From IMG/VR virus record IMGVR_UViG_3300045988_161343: a stretch of 46,185 nucleotides of DNA; one strand, written 5' to 3'. This document shows positions 1-8,049 of the stretch, piece by piece. Both the position numbers and the translations under genes were made by a program. The DNA is from a virus. The first letter of the stretch is position 1; every line of letters starts with the position of its first letter. Below the pieces are notes generated by a model, which saw only the letters and a program-made list of their open reading frames with translations, did not search any database and was not told the origin of the DNA.

Positions 1-95
1 TTAATACAATTTTTATCAATTTTACTCCACTTTAATACAATTTTTATCAATTTTAATCTACTTTAATATATTTTTTTTATCAATTTTAATATAAT
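1..95. repeat. Three tandem ~30-bp direct repeats (TTTAATACAATTTTTATCAATTTTA...) at the window edge
   Basis: Copies at 1-30, 31-60 and 61-95 share the TTTAATA(C/T)A(A)TTTTTATCAATTTTAAT core. Confidence 0.5.
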
Positions 96-182
96 TATAT
101 TATAATTTTAATATGCTCTATAATAATTTTTAATTTATATACTATTTATTTAATCTTGCAATTTATTCATTTCATATCACTA

Positions 183-809
183 TTATTTTAGATAATTATT
201 TATCTAAAATTTTTTTTTATGTCTCATGATACCTATAAGGCTATAATCTACCAGCTATATTTCCAATAGGCTAATACAATGTAATAAGTGCAAGCTCCAT
301 ATCCTCTATATCTCTACTTTTACATCTTTAGTTTTAATTAATGGCTTATACTCAATTATGTCGCCTTTCTAAATAAGTTTATATACATATAATTCTTTAC
401 TATCTGCTCTTAATTTAGCCTAATGTTCCTTAAATCGTTTCTCAAAATCATATGTACTACCAATATAATATAAATGTCCATTTACATAAATACCATATAC
501 TCCACCTTCAACCATTTGCCTTTTCTTTTCTTCTTTTCCAAACAATTCATTAAATTCTTCTTGGGTACATACAATATCAAATGCTTTATTCCTAAACTGC
601 CAAAATGGTTTATTTAATTTTTTCTAATGTTCTGCAATTATTTCTTTATAGTTATCCTATACTATCCAAGCTCTTTTTAAGCCTGATGGAGTAGCATAAT
701 TCTTAATAGGTCCATTTAATTTCTCTATAATTTGCACTAATTCATTATAATTCTTTATATTTGTGCTAAATCCAAAACTATCAATTTTCAATTCAATTTT
801 TCCTTTCAT
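183..809 (-). CDS. GIY-YIG family endonuclease (homing-endonuclease-like), 208 aa, with in-frame TAG codons read as sense
   Basis: Minus-strand translation contains GGVYGIYVNGHLYYIGSTYDFEKRFKEH, the GIY...YIG...R motif. The ORF from ATG at 809 to TAA at 185-183 is continuous only if about 6 TAG codons are decoded. Confidence 0.5.
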
Positions 810-839
810 TTTTCAATTCATTTCTCTGCTGCCACAAGG

Positions 840-1135
840 TCAATACTGCCATTCAAGAAAACACCCCGTTATGTCCTATTTTCCCCGAAGGGGTAAATGG
901 GACATTTTGTCTGTCTCAATGAGACATTTTGATAAAAATGGGACATTGGGACGGGACATCTTCTTTACTTCGCTTATGTCCCATATGTCCCAATGTCCCA
1001 TTTTACTTAAAATTTTAAATAAAACATTTAGTGCTTATGTCCTTATGTCCCATTTTATCTATGATATTCCATTTAAAATGGGACATTTCTCGTGTCCCAT
1101 TTTTTTGGGACATTTATTGCTTATGTCTCAAAAAT
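840..1135. repeat. Array of ~15 copies of a GGGACAT/ATGTCCC core, often as AAATGGGACATTTT, in both orientations; iteron/operator-like
   Basis: Repeated ttatgtcc, aatgggacatttt, gggacattgggacgggacat, atgtcccatatgtcccaatgtccc and similar. The plus-strand ORF 763-1152 over it is judged spurious. Confidence 0.6.
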
Positions 1136-1628
1136 TAAATTCATTTTTCTAATTAACAAATGTTCCTTTTAATACTTTATCACTTATTTTCTTTATACTT
1201 TCTGCGTCCCCTATACCTTCACGGCGTCCTAATGTTTTTCTACTAACTGTTATATTATATAATTCCTAACACATTTGTATTACATCATTCTATGTAGGTT
1301 TTTTATTCTTCTTTTTAGTTGCTTCAACTACAGCATTTAACATCTATCCATCAGTAATTTTTTCTTTTTCTCCGCCTTTAGCCCCTGAAGCAGCCTTTTG
1401 TTCACTAACCTCTTTAGATTTATCAATAGTAAGTTTCATAGACTATAACAACATCATAATAATTCCATAATCTTTATCATTCTCATCAGGCTCAATACCA
1501 TATAATCCATAATTAGTTAATGCACTATATAATTTATATTTTAATTCTACATCTTCATTCTATTCAATAGTTTCTCTCATATTAGCCCAGAAGGTAAATT
1601 TTTCTTTATTCGGCTTTTCAACTGCCAT
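1128..1628 (-). CDS. HTH DNA-binding protein, 166 aa, needs read-through of 5 in-frame TAGs and ends at TGA
   Basis: SD GGAGG lies 9 nt upstream of ATG at 1628. C-terminal ...ELYNITVSRKTLGRREGIGD resembles a resolvase/sigma-region-4-type HTH. If TAG were a stop the ORF would be 22 aa. Confidence 0.45.
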
Positions 1629-1634
1629 AAATAA

Positions 1635-1793
1635 TTACCTCCTTTGAGCTTCAACAAAATCCCTCATAAAATCATCATCAACTTTAAATATCCAACAATT
1701 ATATTCAGGATACTTGGGATTGGGCATAGTCTATATAGGGAAATGACCATTTTCCACCAGCTTTTCCATAACAGCTAATGAATAAATAATCAT
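1635..1793 (-). CDS. Small hypothetical protein, 52 aa, one in-frame TAG
   Basis: Minus-strand ORF MIIYSLAVMEKLVENGHFPI(TAG)TMPNPKYPEYNCWIFKVDDDFMRDFVEAQRR. Its stop overlaps the SD of the downstream gene. Confidence 0.3.
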
Positions 1794-1823
1794 ATTTTTA
1801 TTTTGTTCTTTGTTCACTTTGTA

Positions 1824-1976
1824 TTACTTCTCCTTATCCATATATTCTTTAATAGCTTTTCTAATTAATTGCGAGACACTCATATCATTTTCTTTGCAGA
1901 ATTCATCAATACGGGCCTTTTCCTCATCCTTAACACGAGTCGCAATGTTATGATAGCCTTCACGTTTACTTGGCAT
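1824..1976 (-). CDS. Ribbon-helix-helix (CopG/Arc-like) transcriptional regulator, 50 aa
   Basis: Strong SD AAGGAG. Protein MPSKREGYHNIATRVKDEEKARIDEFCKENDMSVSQLIRKAIKEYMDKEK has the RHH beta-strand and two-helix pattern. Confidence 0.5.
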   Translation of the reverse strand: MPSKREGYHNIATRVKDEEKARIDEFCKENDMSVSQLIRKAIKEYMDKEK

Positions 1977-2191
1977 ATATATTCTCCTTTTCTTTTATTA
2001 ATCTACTATATATAAAAATATGAATAATATCTTTAACCGCGGTGGCCCAAAAAATTTTAAGTTATTTATAACGAGTTTAATTGATATAAGTTGAAATAAA
2101 AATATACCTATTGGTTTTATAAATAGTGGAAAAATATAAAAAAATTTGATAAAATATATATAAGATAAAAGATAAGAAAGGAAAATCTTAA
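1977..2191. promoter_or_regulatory. Divergent AT-rich control region between the leftward RHH gene and the rightward gene array
   Basis: 215 bp non-coding region with TATAAT-like boxes in both orientations and a GC-rich aaccgcggtggcccaaaa element. Confidence 0.4.
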
Positions 2192-2659
2192 ATGCCAAAT
2201 TATCGTAACGAAACCGGCGAAGTTGGTAGCTACAACAATCTTAAAGTCTGGGTCCTTAATGGTGAAGAATTCCAAAAGAGACTACTCATCAAGGGCGGAC
2301 TTAATGCTACTACTATCTACTGCCTTAAAGATTATGACCCCTATCATAAATTACTGCCCGACTGCATGTATGCCTATATGATTAACCCTAATGACCGCGA
2401 CAATCTTTACTGCCTTGGCACTATGGGCAATTATGGAAAAGTGAATTTCAAGAAAAATATTGCAGCGTGCGAAAAATTCTCACTCGCCCCTAAGCCTACT
2501 CCTAAACCCGCATTTGAAGTAGATACCACTAACTATGGTGATGCACCTACTCTTGCAACCATTGACAGCATTCTTGCCGATATCCAAAAGTGGAATACAC
2601 AAATTAATTATGCCGATTATACCAAAACAGTGGATAAATACTTGGAGGCACTTGTATGA
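2192..2659 (+). CDS. Hypothetical protein, 155 aa
   Basis: ORF track entry, SD present, TGA stop overlaps the next ATG. Confidence 0.55.
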   Translation: MPNYRNETGEVGSYNNLKVWVLNGEEFQKRLLIKGGLNATTIYCLKDYDPYHKLLPDCMYAYMINPNDRDNLYCLGTMGNYGKVNFKKNIAACEKFSLAPKPTPKPAFEVDTTNYGDAPTLATIDSILADIQKWNTQINYADYTKTVDKYLEALV

Positions 2660-2865
2660 AAAGATTTATGTAGTTTGCCCTAGATGATAATAATATATTT
2701 TTCTATGCCGTTAATGATATTGTAAACGTAAAATTCTATACTCAAAATGAATTAAATAATGAATTAACAATGGAACTTACAACTAAATCTAACGGTATTG
2801 AAACATTTACATTCGATAACATAAGAGACTATCAAGACGCTATAGATACATTTAATGACTTATGA
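2656..2865 (+). CDS. Small hypothetical protein, 69 aa, with one in-frame TAG; missed by the standard-code ORF track
   Basis: ATGAAAAGATTTATG TAG TTT... is a continuous frame to TGA at 2863-2865. Start overlaps the upstream stop as ATGA. Confidence 0.35.
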
Positions 2866-3158
2866 TTAATCCATATTTTACATTTACAACAGATAATAAA
2901 AATTTTTGCTGCTATAAAACATCAGCTATCCTCTATATTAGTTTTTATACCGACCCAAATGAAAAATATAAAATGCAAATTCAAACTACGGGAGATATTA
3001 CACAAGAAACTATAGCTGTTTATTCCTTCAAAGATAAAAAATATTGGGATGTTGCACAAGAAAGATGGATGGATATCATGCGGGCAGTGCGTAATGAAGA
3101 AAGAAATAATACCAATATGAAATATTATGGTAGCTACGGAGATGTTGACCCATGGTAA
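2862..3158 (+). CDS. Hypothetical protein, 98 aa
   Basis: ORF track; translationally coupled starts. Confidence 0.5.
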   Translation: MINPYFTFTTDNKNFCCYKTSAILYISFYTDPNEKYKMQIQTTGDITQETIAVYSFKDKKYWDVAQERWMDIMRAVRNEERNNTNMKYYGSYGDVDPW

Positions 3159-3352
3159 AAATTTACACAGGTCTTCAACGCCAAAAGCATGTCAAGACAA
3201 CAAACATTCGAGCCATCGGTTTCCACCCTACTGAATGTGCCGTCAATCTCTACTATTGGAATAATCAAAAAGAAACTATCAAATTTGATGATGAAGACTA
3301 TTGCCGTGCCGCATATAAAAAACTACGCGAATACATTGCTTATCCGTTTTAA
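3152..3352 (+). CDS. Hypothetical protein, 66 aa
   Basis: ORF track; ATG overlaps the upstream stop. Confidence 0.45.
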   Translation: MVKIYTGLQRQKHVKTTNIRAIGFHPTECAVNLYYWNNQKETIKFDDEDYCRAAYKKLREYIAYPF

Positions 3353-3357
3353 TTGAA

Positions 3358-3406
3358 AAATAAATAAAAATATTATAAAATATATATATAAAAAATAGAG
3401 GAGAAA
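3358..3406 (+). promoter_or_regulatory. Conserved phage promoter element (…TATTATAAAATATATATATAAAAAATAGAGGAGAAATAA)
   Basis: One of at least 15 near-identical ~50-bp AT-rich elements in this window, each directly upstream of an SD and ATG. Confidence 0.55.
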
Positions 3407-3412
3407 TAAGAA

Positions 3413-3703
3413 ATGGATAAAACTTTATTCGCCAAACTTACTACTCTTACATCTGAAGCAGAAGTCAATAAAGAACGTCGGGCAACTGAAAAGGCAGAGC
3501 AAATCATCGCAAATAATACACCAGCAATGTTGCAAGCGGCAACAAATGGTGCTTACGCTTATACCATTGTCATTTCTCCCGATGATACTCCCTCGTCAAA
3601 CAATTATACCGTTAAGAAACTTCAAGAAATTCTTAACTCTAATAACTTCACAACTCAATATTTCCAAGATAATACAATGATTGTTAGGTGGCGTGACGCA
3701 TGA
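3413..3703 (+). CDS. Hypothetical protein, 96 aa
   Basis: ORF track; SD GAGGAG. Confidence 0.55.
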   Translation: MDKTLFAKLTTLTSEAEVNKERRATEKAEQIIANNTPAMLQAATNGAYAYTIVISPDDTPSSNNYTVKKLQEILNSNNFTTQYFQDNTMIVRWRDA

Positions 3704-3975
3704 ATCTTGATGAATATCTTGACCGTGCAACTGAAATGCGAAACGAGATTGCCGCATATGATGAGAAGATAGTACGCCTTTTGGACGAAAGAGTTCAATT
3801 GGCAAAAAACTTGGTAGAACTCAAAAAAGAACATTCTCGTCCCGCATATACACCAATAGTAGAAGAAAAGAAGATAGAATATTTGAGCACTCTAACTTCT
3901 TATCCAGATTTAATCAAAATGGTATGGCCTATGATTATGGGCTATAGCCGCATCCCCTATAACGAAAGGATTTAA
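3700..3975 (+). CDS. Chorismate mutase-like (AroQ-class) protein, 91 aa
   Basis: MNLDEYLDRATEMRNEIAAYDEKIVRLLDERVQLAKNLVELKK...RP...EEKKIEYL follows the AroQ helix pattern (L..LR..ID.ID..I..LL.ER..L....K). Size is typical of AroQ. Confidence 0.5.
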   Translation: MNLDEYLDRATEMRNEIAAYDEKIVRLLDERVQLAKNLVELKKEHSRPAYTPIVEEKKIEYLSTLTSYPDLIKMVWPMIMGYSRIPYNERI

Positions 3976-3977
3976 TT

Positions 3978-4130
3978 ATGAGAATGAAAAACGTTGTCTC
4001 CGGTAAGACTTACACGATTGCACAAATCTTCCGAGACGATACAGGATATTTCCGTGTCCTTTACTTTGACCCCGAAGCAAATAGATGGCAAACCGAAAGC
4101 CTTGACTTTTTTACTCCAGCAGAAAACTAA
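3978..4130 (+). CDS. Small hypothetical protein, 50 aa
   Basis: ATG with SD AAAGGA; MRMKNVVSGKTYTIAQIFRDDTGYFRVLYFDPEANRWQTESLDFFTPAEN. Below the track's 60-aa cutoff. Confidence 0.4.
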   Translation: MRMKNVVSGKTYTIAQIFRDDTGYFRVLYFDPEANRWQTESLDFFTPAEN

Positions 4131-4155
4131 TTAAAATTAAGAAAGGAAGAGTACA

Positions 4156-5505
4156 ATGGATATTAATCACTGTGGTTATATTGTAAAAGTTAAAGAACTG
4201 CGGGCACACCCTAATGCAGACAAGCTCTACATCGCAACTTTCTTCGGCAATGATACTTGCGTTTCCATTGATACGCAGGTTGGCGATATTGGTGTCTACT
4301 TCCCCTGCGACCTCCAGCTTTCCCTCGAATTTTGCATCGCCAATCATCTGTGCCGCAAGCTTCCCGATGGGACTGCTGACACTGGTTATATGGAAGTAGA
4401 TAAGCGTAATATTACTGCTATCAGACTGCGTGGCGAACGTTCCGATGGTCTGTATCTGCCGATTAGCTGTTTCAATTATTGCTATGACGATAATGCAAGT
4501 GCTTATCTAAAGGTGGGCGACATTATTAACGAAGTTAATGGTCATCCTATCTGCAATAAGTATATTCCGCGTACTAGAAAGCAGAATAATACCAATAACT
4601 CTAATGTGAGCAAGACTCGCAAGCATAAGGATCCGATTGCTCCTCTGTTCAAAGAGCATATTGATACTGCCCAGCTTGCTTATAACCTTAATGCATTCAA
4701 GCCTGGCGACCTTATTGAAATTACTCGTAAGCTCCATGGTACTTCTGCACGAATCGGCTATCTGCCTGTTCTCAAGGGCTATAAGCGTACTCTGTGGGAT
4801 AAGATTACTCGTAAAGATGGCAAACCTATCTATCAGTATGATTACATTGACGGCACTCGCCGCACTCTGCTAGTCAGCTATGATGGCGGCTTCTATGGTT
4901 CTAATGAATTCCGTAAGCATTTCCATGAAGCAATTAAAGGCAAGCTGCATGAAGGCGAAACCTGTTATGCTGAAATTATTGGTTTTACTGATGATGGCGT
5001 GCCGATTATGGGTTCTGTTTCCAATAAGAAAACCAACGATAAGGCATTCATTAAGCAATATGGCGATATGACTACCTTCTCTTATGGCTGCGACCCTACT
5101 GGTGTTACTGCTCCGAAGAACGATTTTTATGTTTATCGTATGACTCTAACTACTCATGATGGTTATACTGTGGAATATTCTCCTGAATATACTCGGTATC
5201 GTTGTGAACAGATGGGCGTAAAATTCGTTCCTGTTGAATGGCGTGGCTATATCCCCGAGCATCCGGCATCTGAAAATGATGATACTATCACCGCAGGCGA
5301 ATGGATTATGAATAAGGCAGAACAGTATTATGATGGTCCTGAGCCGATTGATCCGCGACATGTGCGTGAAGGCGTCGTTGTGCGTCTGGTTGATAAGCCT
5401 TCTTTCACAGCATATAAAATCAAGAATTTCTCCTTCAAGTGTATTGAAGGAATTGCGGTTGCTGATACTACTCCAGTAGATGAAACAATCGCGGAGGAAC
5501 TGTGA
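4156..5505 (+). CDS. ATP-dependent RNA ligase (Rnl2/Rnl5-like nucleotidyltransferase) with an N-terminal tRNA-binding OB (Myf/EMAP-type) domain, 449 aa
   Basis: N-terminus HPNADKLYIATFFGND...VSIDTQVGDIGV...RGERSDGLYLPISCF matches the tRNA_bind fold. Ligase motifs: I RKLHGTS (KxHG), IV EGVVVR, V YKIKN. Confidence 0.7.
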   Translation: MDINHCGYIVKVKELRAHPNADKLYIATFFGNDTCVSIDTQVGDIGVYFPCDLQLSLEFCIANHLCRKLPDGTADTGYMEVDKRNITAIRLRGERSDGLYLPISCFNYCYDDNASAYLKVGDIINEVNGHPICNKYIPRTRKQNNTNNSNVSKTRKHKDPIAPLFKEHIDTAQLAYNLNAFKPGDLIEITRKLHGTSARIGYLPVLKGYKRTLWDKITRKDGKPIYQYDYIDGTRRTLLVSYDGGFYGSNEFRKHFHEAIKGKLHEGETCYAEIIGFTDDGVPIMGSVSNKKTNDKAFIKQYGDMTTFSYGCDPTGVTAPKNDFYVYRMTLTTHDGYTVEYSPEYTRYRCEQMGVKFVPVEWRGYIPEHPASENDDTITAGEWIMNKAEQYYDGPEPIDPRHVREGVVVRLVDKPSFTAYKIKNFSFKCIEGIAVADTTPVDETIAEEL

Positions 5506-5575
5506 TGATAGTTGTGTTAATTTGTGCCGTAATTGGCATAATCATGGGAATTGTATTAGCGAGGGCCACTGATTA
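5504..5575 (+). CDS. Tiny hydrophobic peptide, 23 aa (MIVVLICAVIGIIMGIVLARATD)
   Basis: ATGA overlap with the ligase stop; single predicted TM helix. Confidence 0.25.
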
Positions 5576-5647
5576 ATGGGACTATTTTTCTTAACCATTT
5601 TTATTTGTCTTATCTTTTATGCTCTTGGCAGTTTGTACAATGATTAA
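5576..5647 (+). CDS. Tiny hydrophobic peptide, 23 aa (MGLFFLTIFICLIFYALGSLYND)
   Basis: Tandem with the previous peptide; single TM helix. Confidence 0.25.
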   Translation: MGLFFLTIFICLIFYALGSLYND

Positions 5648-5716
5648 AATACTTATTTTTGGTTTTGTAATCATTGCATTTGTAATGTATTTATTTTGTA
5701 AAACAAATGATTTATA
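5639..5716 (+). CDS. Tiny hydrophobic peptide, 25 aa (MIKILIFGFVIIAFVMYLFCKTNDL)
   Basis: Third tandem mini-TM ORF; overlaps the previous stop. Confidence 0.25.
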
Positions 5717-5728
5717 AGGAGAATTAAT

Positions 5729-6031
5729 ATGAGAAGTAGAAGTGGTAGTGTTGCAATAATTCTTGTTGTAATTATTCTTGTAATTGGCCTTTTGGTTCTT
5801 ACATTCAACGGTGCGAATTTCCAGCGTACCATTAAGAGCTGGAGAAGTAATTACACCGGCGGTCTTTATCGTATTGTGTCTGTCTATGATTACAATGGTA
5901 ATCTCTTGCGGGAATACGGTCCGGCAATGATTGATATTAGTGAGTCAGAAAATGAAACATTCTTTGATTATAATGGTAATCGTATTGTAATTCATAATGC
6001 TATTGTAATCGTTGAAGAAGTAAATAGATAA
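5729..6031 (+). CDS. Small membrane protein, 100 aa (N-terminal TM helix)
   Basis: ORF track; SD AAGGAG; AIILVVIILVIGLLVL TM segment. Confidence 0.5.
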   Translation: MRSRSGSVAIILVVIILVIGLLVLTFNGANFQRTIKSWRSNYTGGLYRIVSVYDYNGNLLREYGPAMIDISESENETFFDYNGNRIVIHNAIVIVEEVNR

Positions 6032-6039
6032 GTGAAGAG

Positions 6040-6072
6040 TCAGAGCAAATCTGGCTCTTTTATTTTTATAAA
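6040..6072 (+). terminator. Rho-independent terminator
   Basis: agagtcaga-gcaaa-tctggctct 9-bp stem followed by TTTATTTTTAT. Confidence 0.6.
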
Positions 6073-6110
6073 AAAATTTGTTAAAATATATATATAAAAA
6101 ATGAAGGAGA
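6062..6110 (+). promoter_or_regulatory. Conserved phage promoter element
   Basis: TTTTATAAAAAAATTTGTTAAAATATATATATAAAAAATGAAGGAG directly follows the terminator. Confidence 0.55.
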
Positions 6111-6116
6111 AAATCA

Positions 6117-6443
6117 ATGAAACGTTATGTTGTATATCATCAGGAATGGCAAGATGATGCTGAAATCGAAACTGTATGTGATACAAAAGCAGACGCTGAA
6201 GAATTTCTCCTTGCCCTTATTGAAGGACAAGATTATGAAAACTTCTTCTATGAATATGTAGCAAGAATTTGTATCCAAAACCCTATGCAAGCTTATCTTG
6301 ATACTTGGAAAAATCGCACTGAATGGCATAATGAATACCTAAATTATGCGTCCTATAAGAAGAAAAACTCTTTAAGTATGGAAGCATATATCCTTTATGA
6401 TTTATCTATGAGTTATTATATTTGTGAAGTGGAGGGCTATTAA
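6117..6443 (+). CDS. Paralog 1 of a tandem small-protein family (C.T.ADAEE.L motif), 108 aa
   Basis: VCDTKADAEEFLLALIEG motif shared with the next four genes. Confidence 0.55.
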   Translation: MKRYVVYHQEWQDDAEIETVCDTKADAEEFLLALIEGQDYENFFYEYVARICIQNPMQAYLDTWKNRTEWHNEYLNYASYKKKNSLSMEAYILYDLSMSYYICEVEGY

Positions 6444-6445
6444 TT

Positions 6446-6778
6446 ATGAAATATGTTGCTTATGATTATTTTGATAATTTCTATCCAGGTATTCTTGGTA
6501 TTTGCAATACTGAAGCTGATGTGCAGGAACTGATTCTTGCCGCCGCCGAAGAAGAAGCATATAGGGCATTCCTTGATGATTATTATTATGATGAAACTGG
6601 AATTACCGTAGAACCTGGTGAAAACCCTATGGAAGTTTATCTTAATGATAAAATTCTTGACTGGAAAGAGTATAACAAATTTAGGTTTCCATTTGACGAT
6701 AAAAATATTTCTTTCTATGGTTGGACCCTTGTTATGGCTGGTGAATATTATAATTATTCTATCGGAGAGGAGTATTAA
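6446..6778 (+). CDS. Paralog 2 of the tandem family, 110 aa
   Basis: ICNTEADVQELILAAAEEE. Confidence 0.55.
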   Translation: MKYVAYDYFDNFYPGILGICNTEADVQELILAAAEEEAYRAFLDDYYYDETGITVEPGENPMEVYLNDKILDWKEYNKFRFPFDDKNISFYGWTLVMAGEYYNYSIGEEY

Positions 6779-6780
6779 AA

Positions 6781-7056
6781 ATGAAATATTTAATTTCTGA
6801 AATTGATGATGATGCTTGTTGCGAAATCCCTCGATATATTTGCAACACTCGAGCAGACGCCGAAGAAGCTATCCTTGCATTAACTGAAGAAGATGTATAT
6901 TATCAAGCAATGTATGAAGGTGTAGATAATTTCTTCAATAACAGTTTTGAATTTAGAAAATCAAGACATCCAAAAGTGAAATGCAAAACTCATTACGGCA
7001 CAGCTCTTTGGTTTATGAGTGGTCGATTTATTATTGACGAATTAGGAGAATACTAA
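6781..7056 (+). CDS. Paralog 3 of the tandem family, 91 aa
   Basis: ICNTRADAEEAILALTEED. Confidence 0.55.
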   Translation: MKYLISEIDDDACCEIPRYICNTRADAEEAILALTEEDVYYQAMYEGVDNFFNNSFEFRKSRHPKVKCKTHYGTALWFMSGRFIIDELGEY

Positions 7057-7058
7057 TT

Positions 7059-7331
7059 ATGAAAATTTATACAGTTGTTGAAGCCGATTATGAAACTATT
7101 CTTAATATTTACTCTTTTAAAACTCGTGGTGACGCAGAAGAATTTATTCTTTCGTGTGTAGAACAAGAAAGTCTAAATACATATAATTATCTAATATCTA
7201 TTTATACTGAAGAAAATGTTTTAACAGAATGGAAAAGATTAGCTTCCAAATATAATAAAACTCTTGAAGGTTATATGCTTTATAAGGGTGGATATAATTT
7301 AAATGGAATTTATGAAAGTGAGCTTAACTAA
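7059..7331 (+). CDS. Paralog 4 of the tandem family, 90 aa
   Basis: SFKTRGDAEEFILSCVEQE. Confidence 0.55.
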   Translation: MKIYTVVEADYETILNIYSFKTRGDAEEFILSCVEQESLNTYNYLISIYTEENVLTEWKRLASKYNKTLEGYMLYKGGYNLNGIYESELN

Positions 7332-7607
7332 ATGAAATATGTTGTTTGGAATAGCTGCAATGATGATTTAATTTGCTGTGATAGCCGAGCTTCCGCTGAA
7401 GAACTTGTTCTATCTATCGCCGAAGAAGAAGCATTTATCGAATATAATTATGGCATTAACAAACTTGATGATGCCGATACTCTTGAAGAATATACAGATA
7501 CATTACGTGATTGGTGGAAGAAATATCAGTGTAGTAATGAATGTATTGCTCTTTTCTTTGGCGGAATTAATTACTATATTAGAGCTATTCCAAGTTTGGA
7601 GGATTAA
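7332..7607 (+). CDS. Paralog 5 of the tandem family, 91 aa
   Basis: CCDSRASAEELVLSIAEEE. Confidence 0.55.
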   Translation: MKYVVWNSCNDDLICCDSRASAEELVLSIAEEEAFIEYNYGINKLDDADTLEEYTDTLRDWWKKYQCSNECIALFFGGINYYIRAIPSLED

Positions 7608-7609
7608 AT

Positions 7610-7840
7610 ATGTATTTTAGATATAAAGTAAACTGGAATTTTGATGACAAGTCAAAAGATGAGACAGGACTTGTGTATTCTGATAATGACGTTGATGAAG
7701 GATATACTAATGCTATGGAAAAGATTTGCCAGTATTTTGATAGCATCAATAAGGTAGAGCTTGAAGCATTTGCTCCTGATGATTGTCTTGAAGTAAGTGC
7801 CGAAGCACTTGATGCAATTCAGGAGAATGTATTGTGGTAA
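7610..7840 (+). CDS. Hypothetical acidic protein, 76 aa
   Basis: ORF track; 3-nt spacing from the previous gene. Confidence 0.45.
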   Translation: MYFRYKVNWNFDDKSKDETGLVYSDNDVDEGYTNAMEKICQYFDSINKVELEAFAPDDCLEVSAEALDAIQENVLW

Positions 7841-8049
7841 ATTTGCGTCGATGCGGCAGATGCGGCTATCGTGTTCAAGGCCAATGCCGCATTGTCTCTG
7901 GCTTGCGTGTTGATGATGAAGACCCAGGCTGCAAATTCTTCTGCTCTAACCCGCCGCATTGTACCAGGTGCGGCACTATCCTTCAAAATAATCAAGTCCT
8001 TATTGTAGATGACAAAATTTATTGTAAAAATTGTGGGAGTAATATATGA
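7834..8049 (+). CDS. Zinc-ribbon protein, 71 aa (four CxxC pairs)
   Basis: CGRCGY...CKFFC...CTRCG...CKNCG. Confidence 0.5.
   Translation: MVNLRRCGRCGYRVQGQCRIVSGLRVDDEDPGCKFFCSNPPHCTRCGTILQNNQVLIVDDKIYCKNCGSNI

Noticed and set aside
763-1152. Plus-strand ORF 763-1152 (129 aa) from the track
   Set aside because: It lies entirely within the GGGACAT repeat array and its translation is a low-complexity repeat echo (MSH, GHF, PIL...). It has no SD and overlaps the ends of the minus-strand genes.
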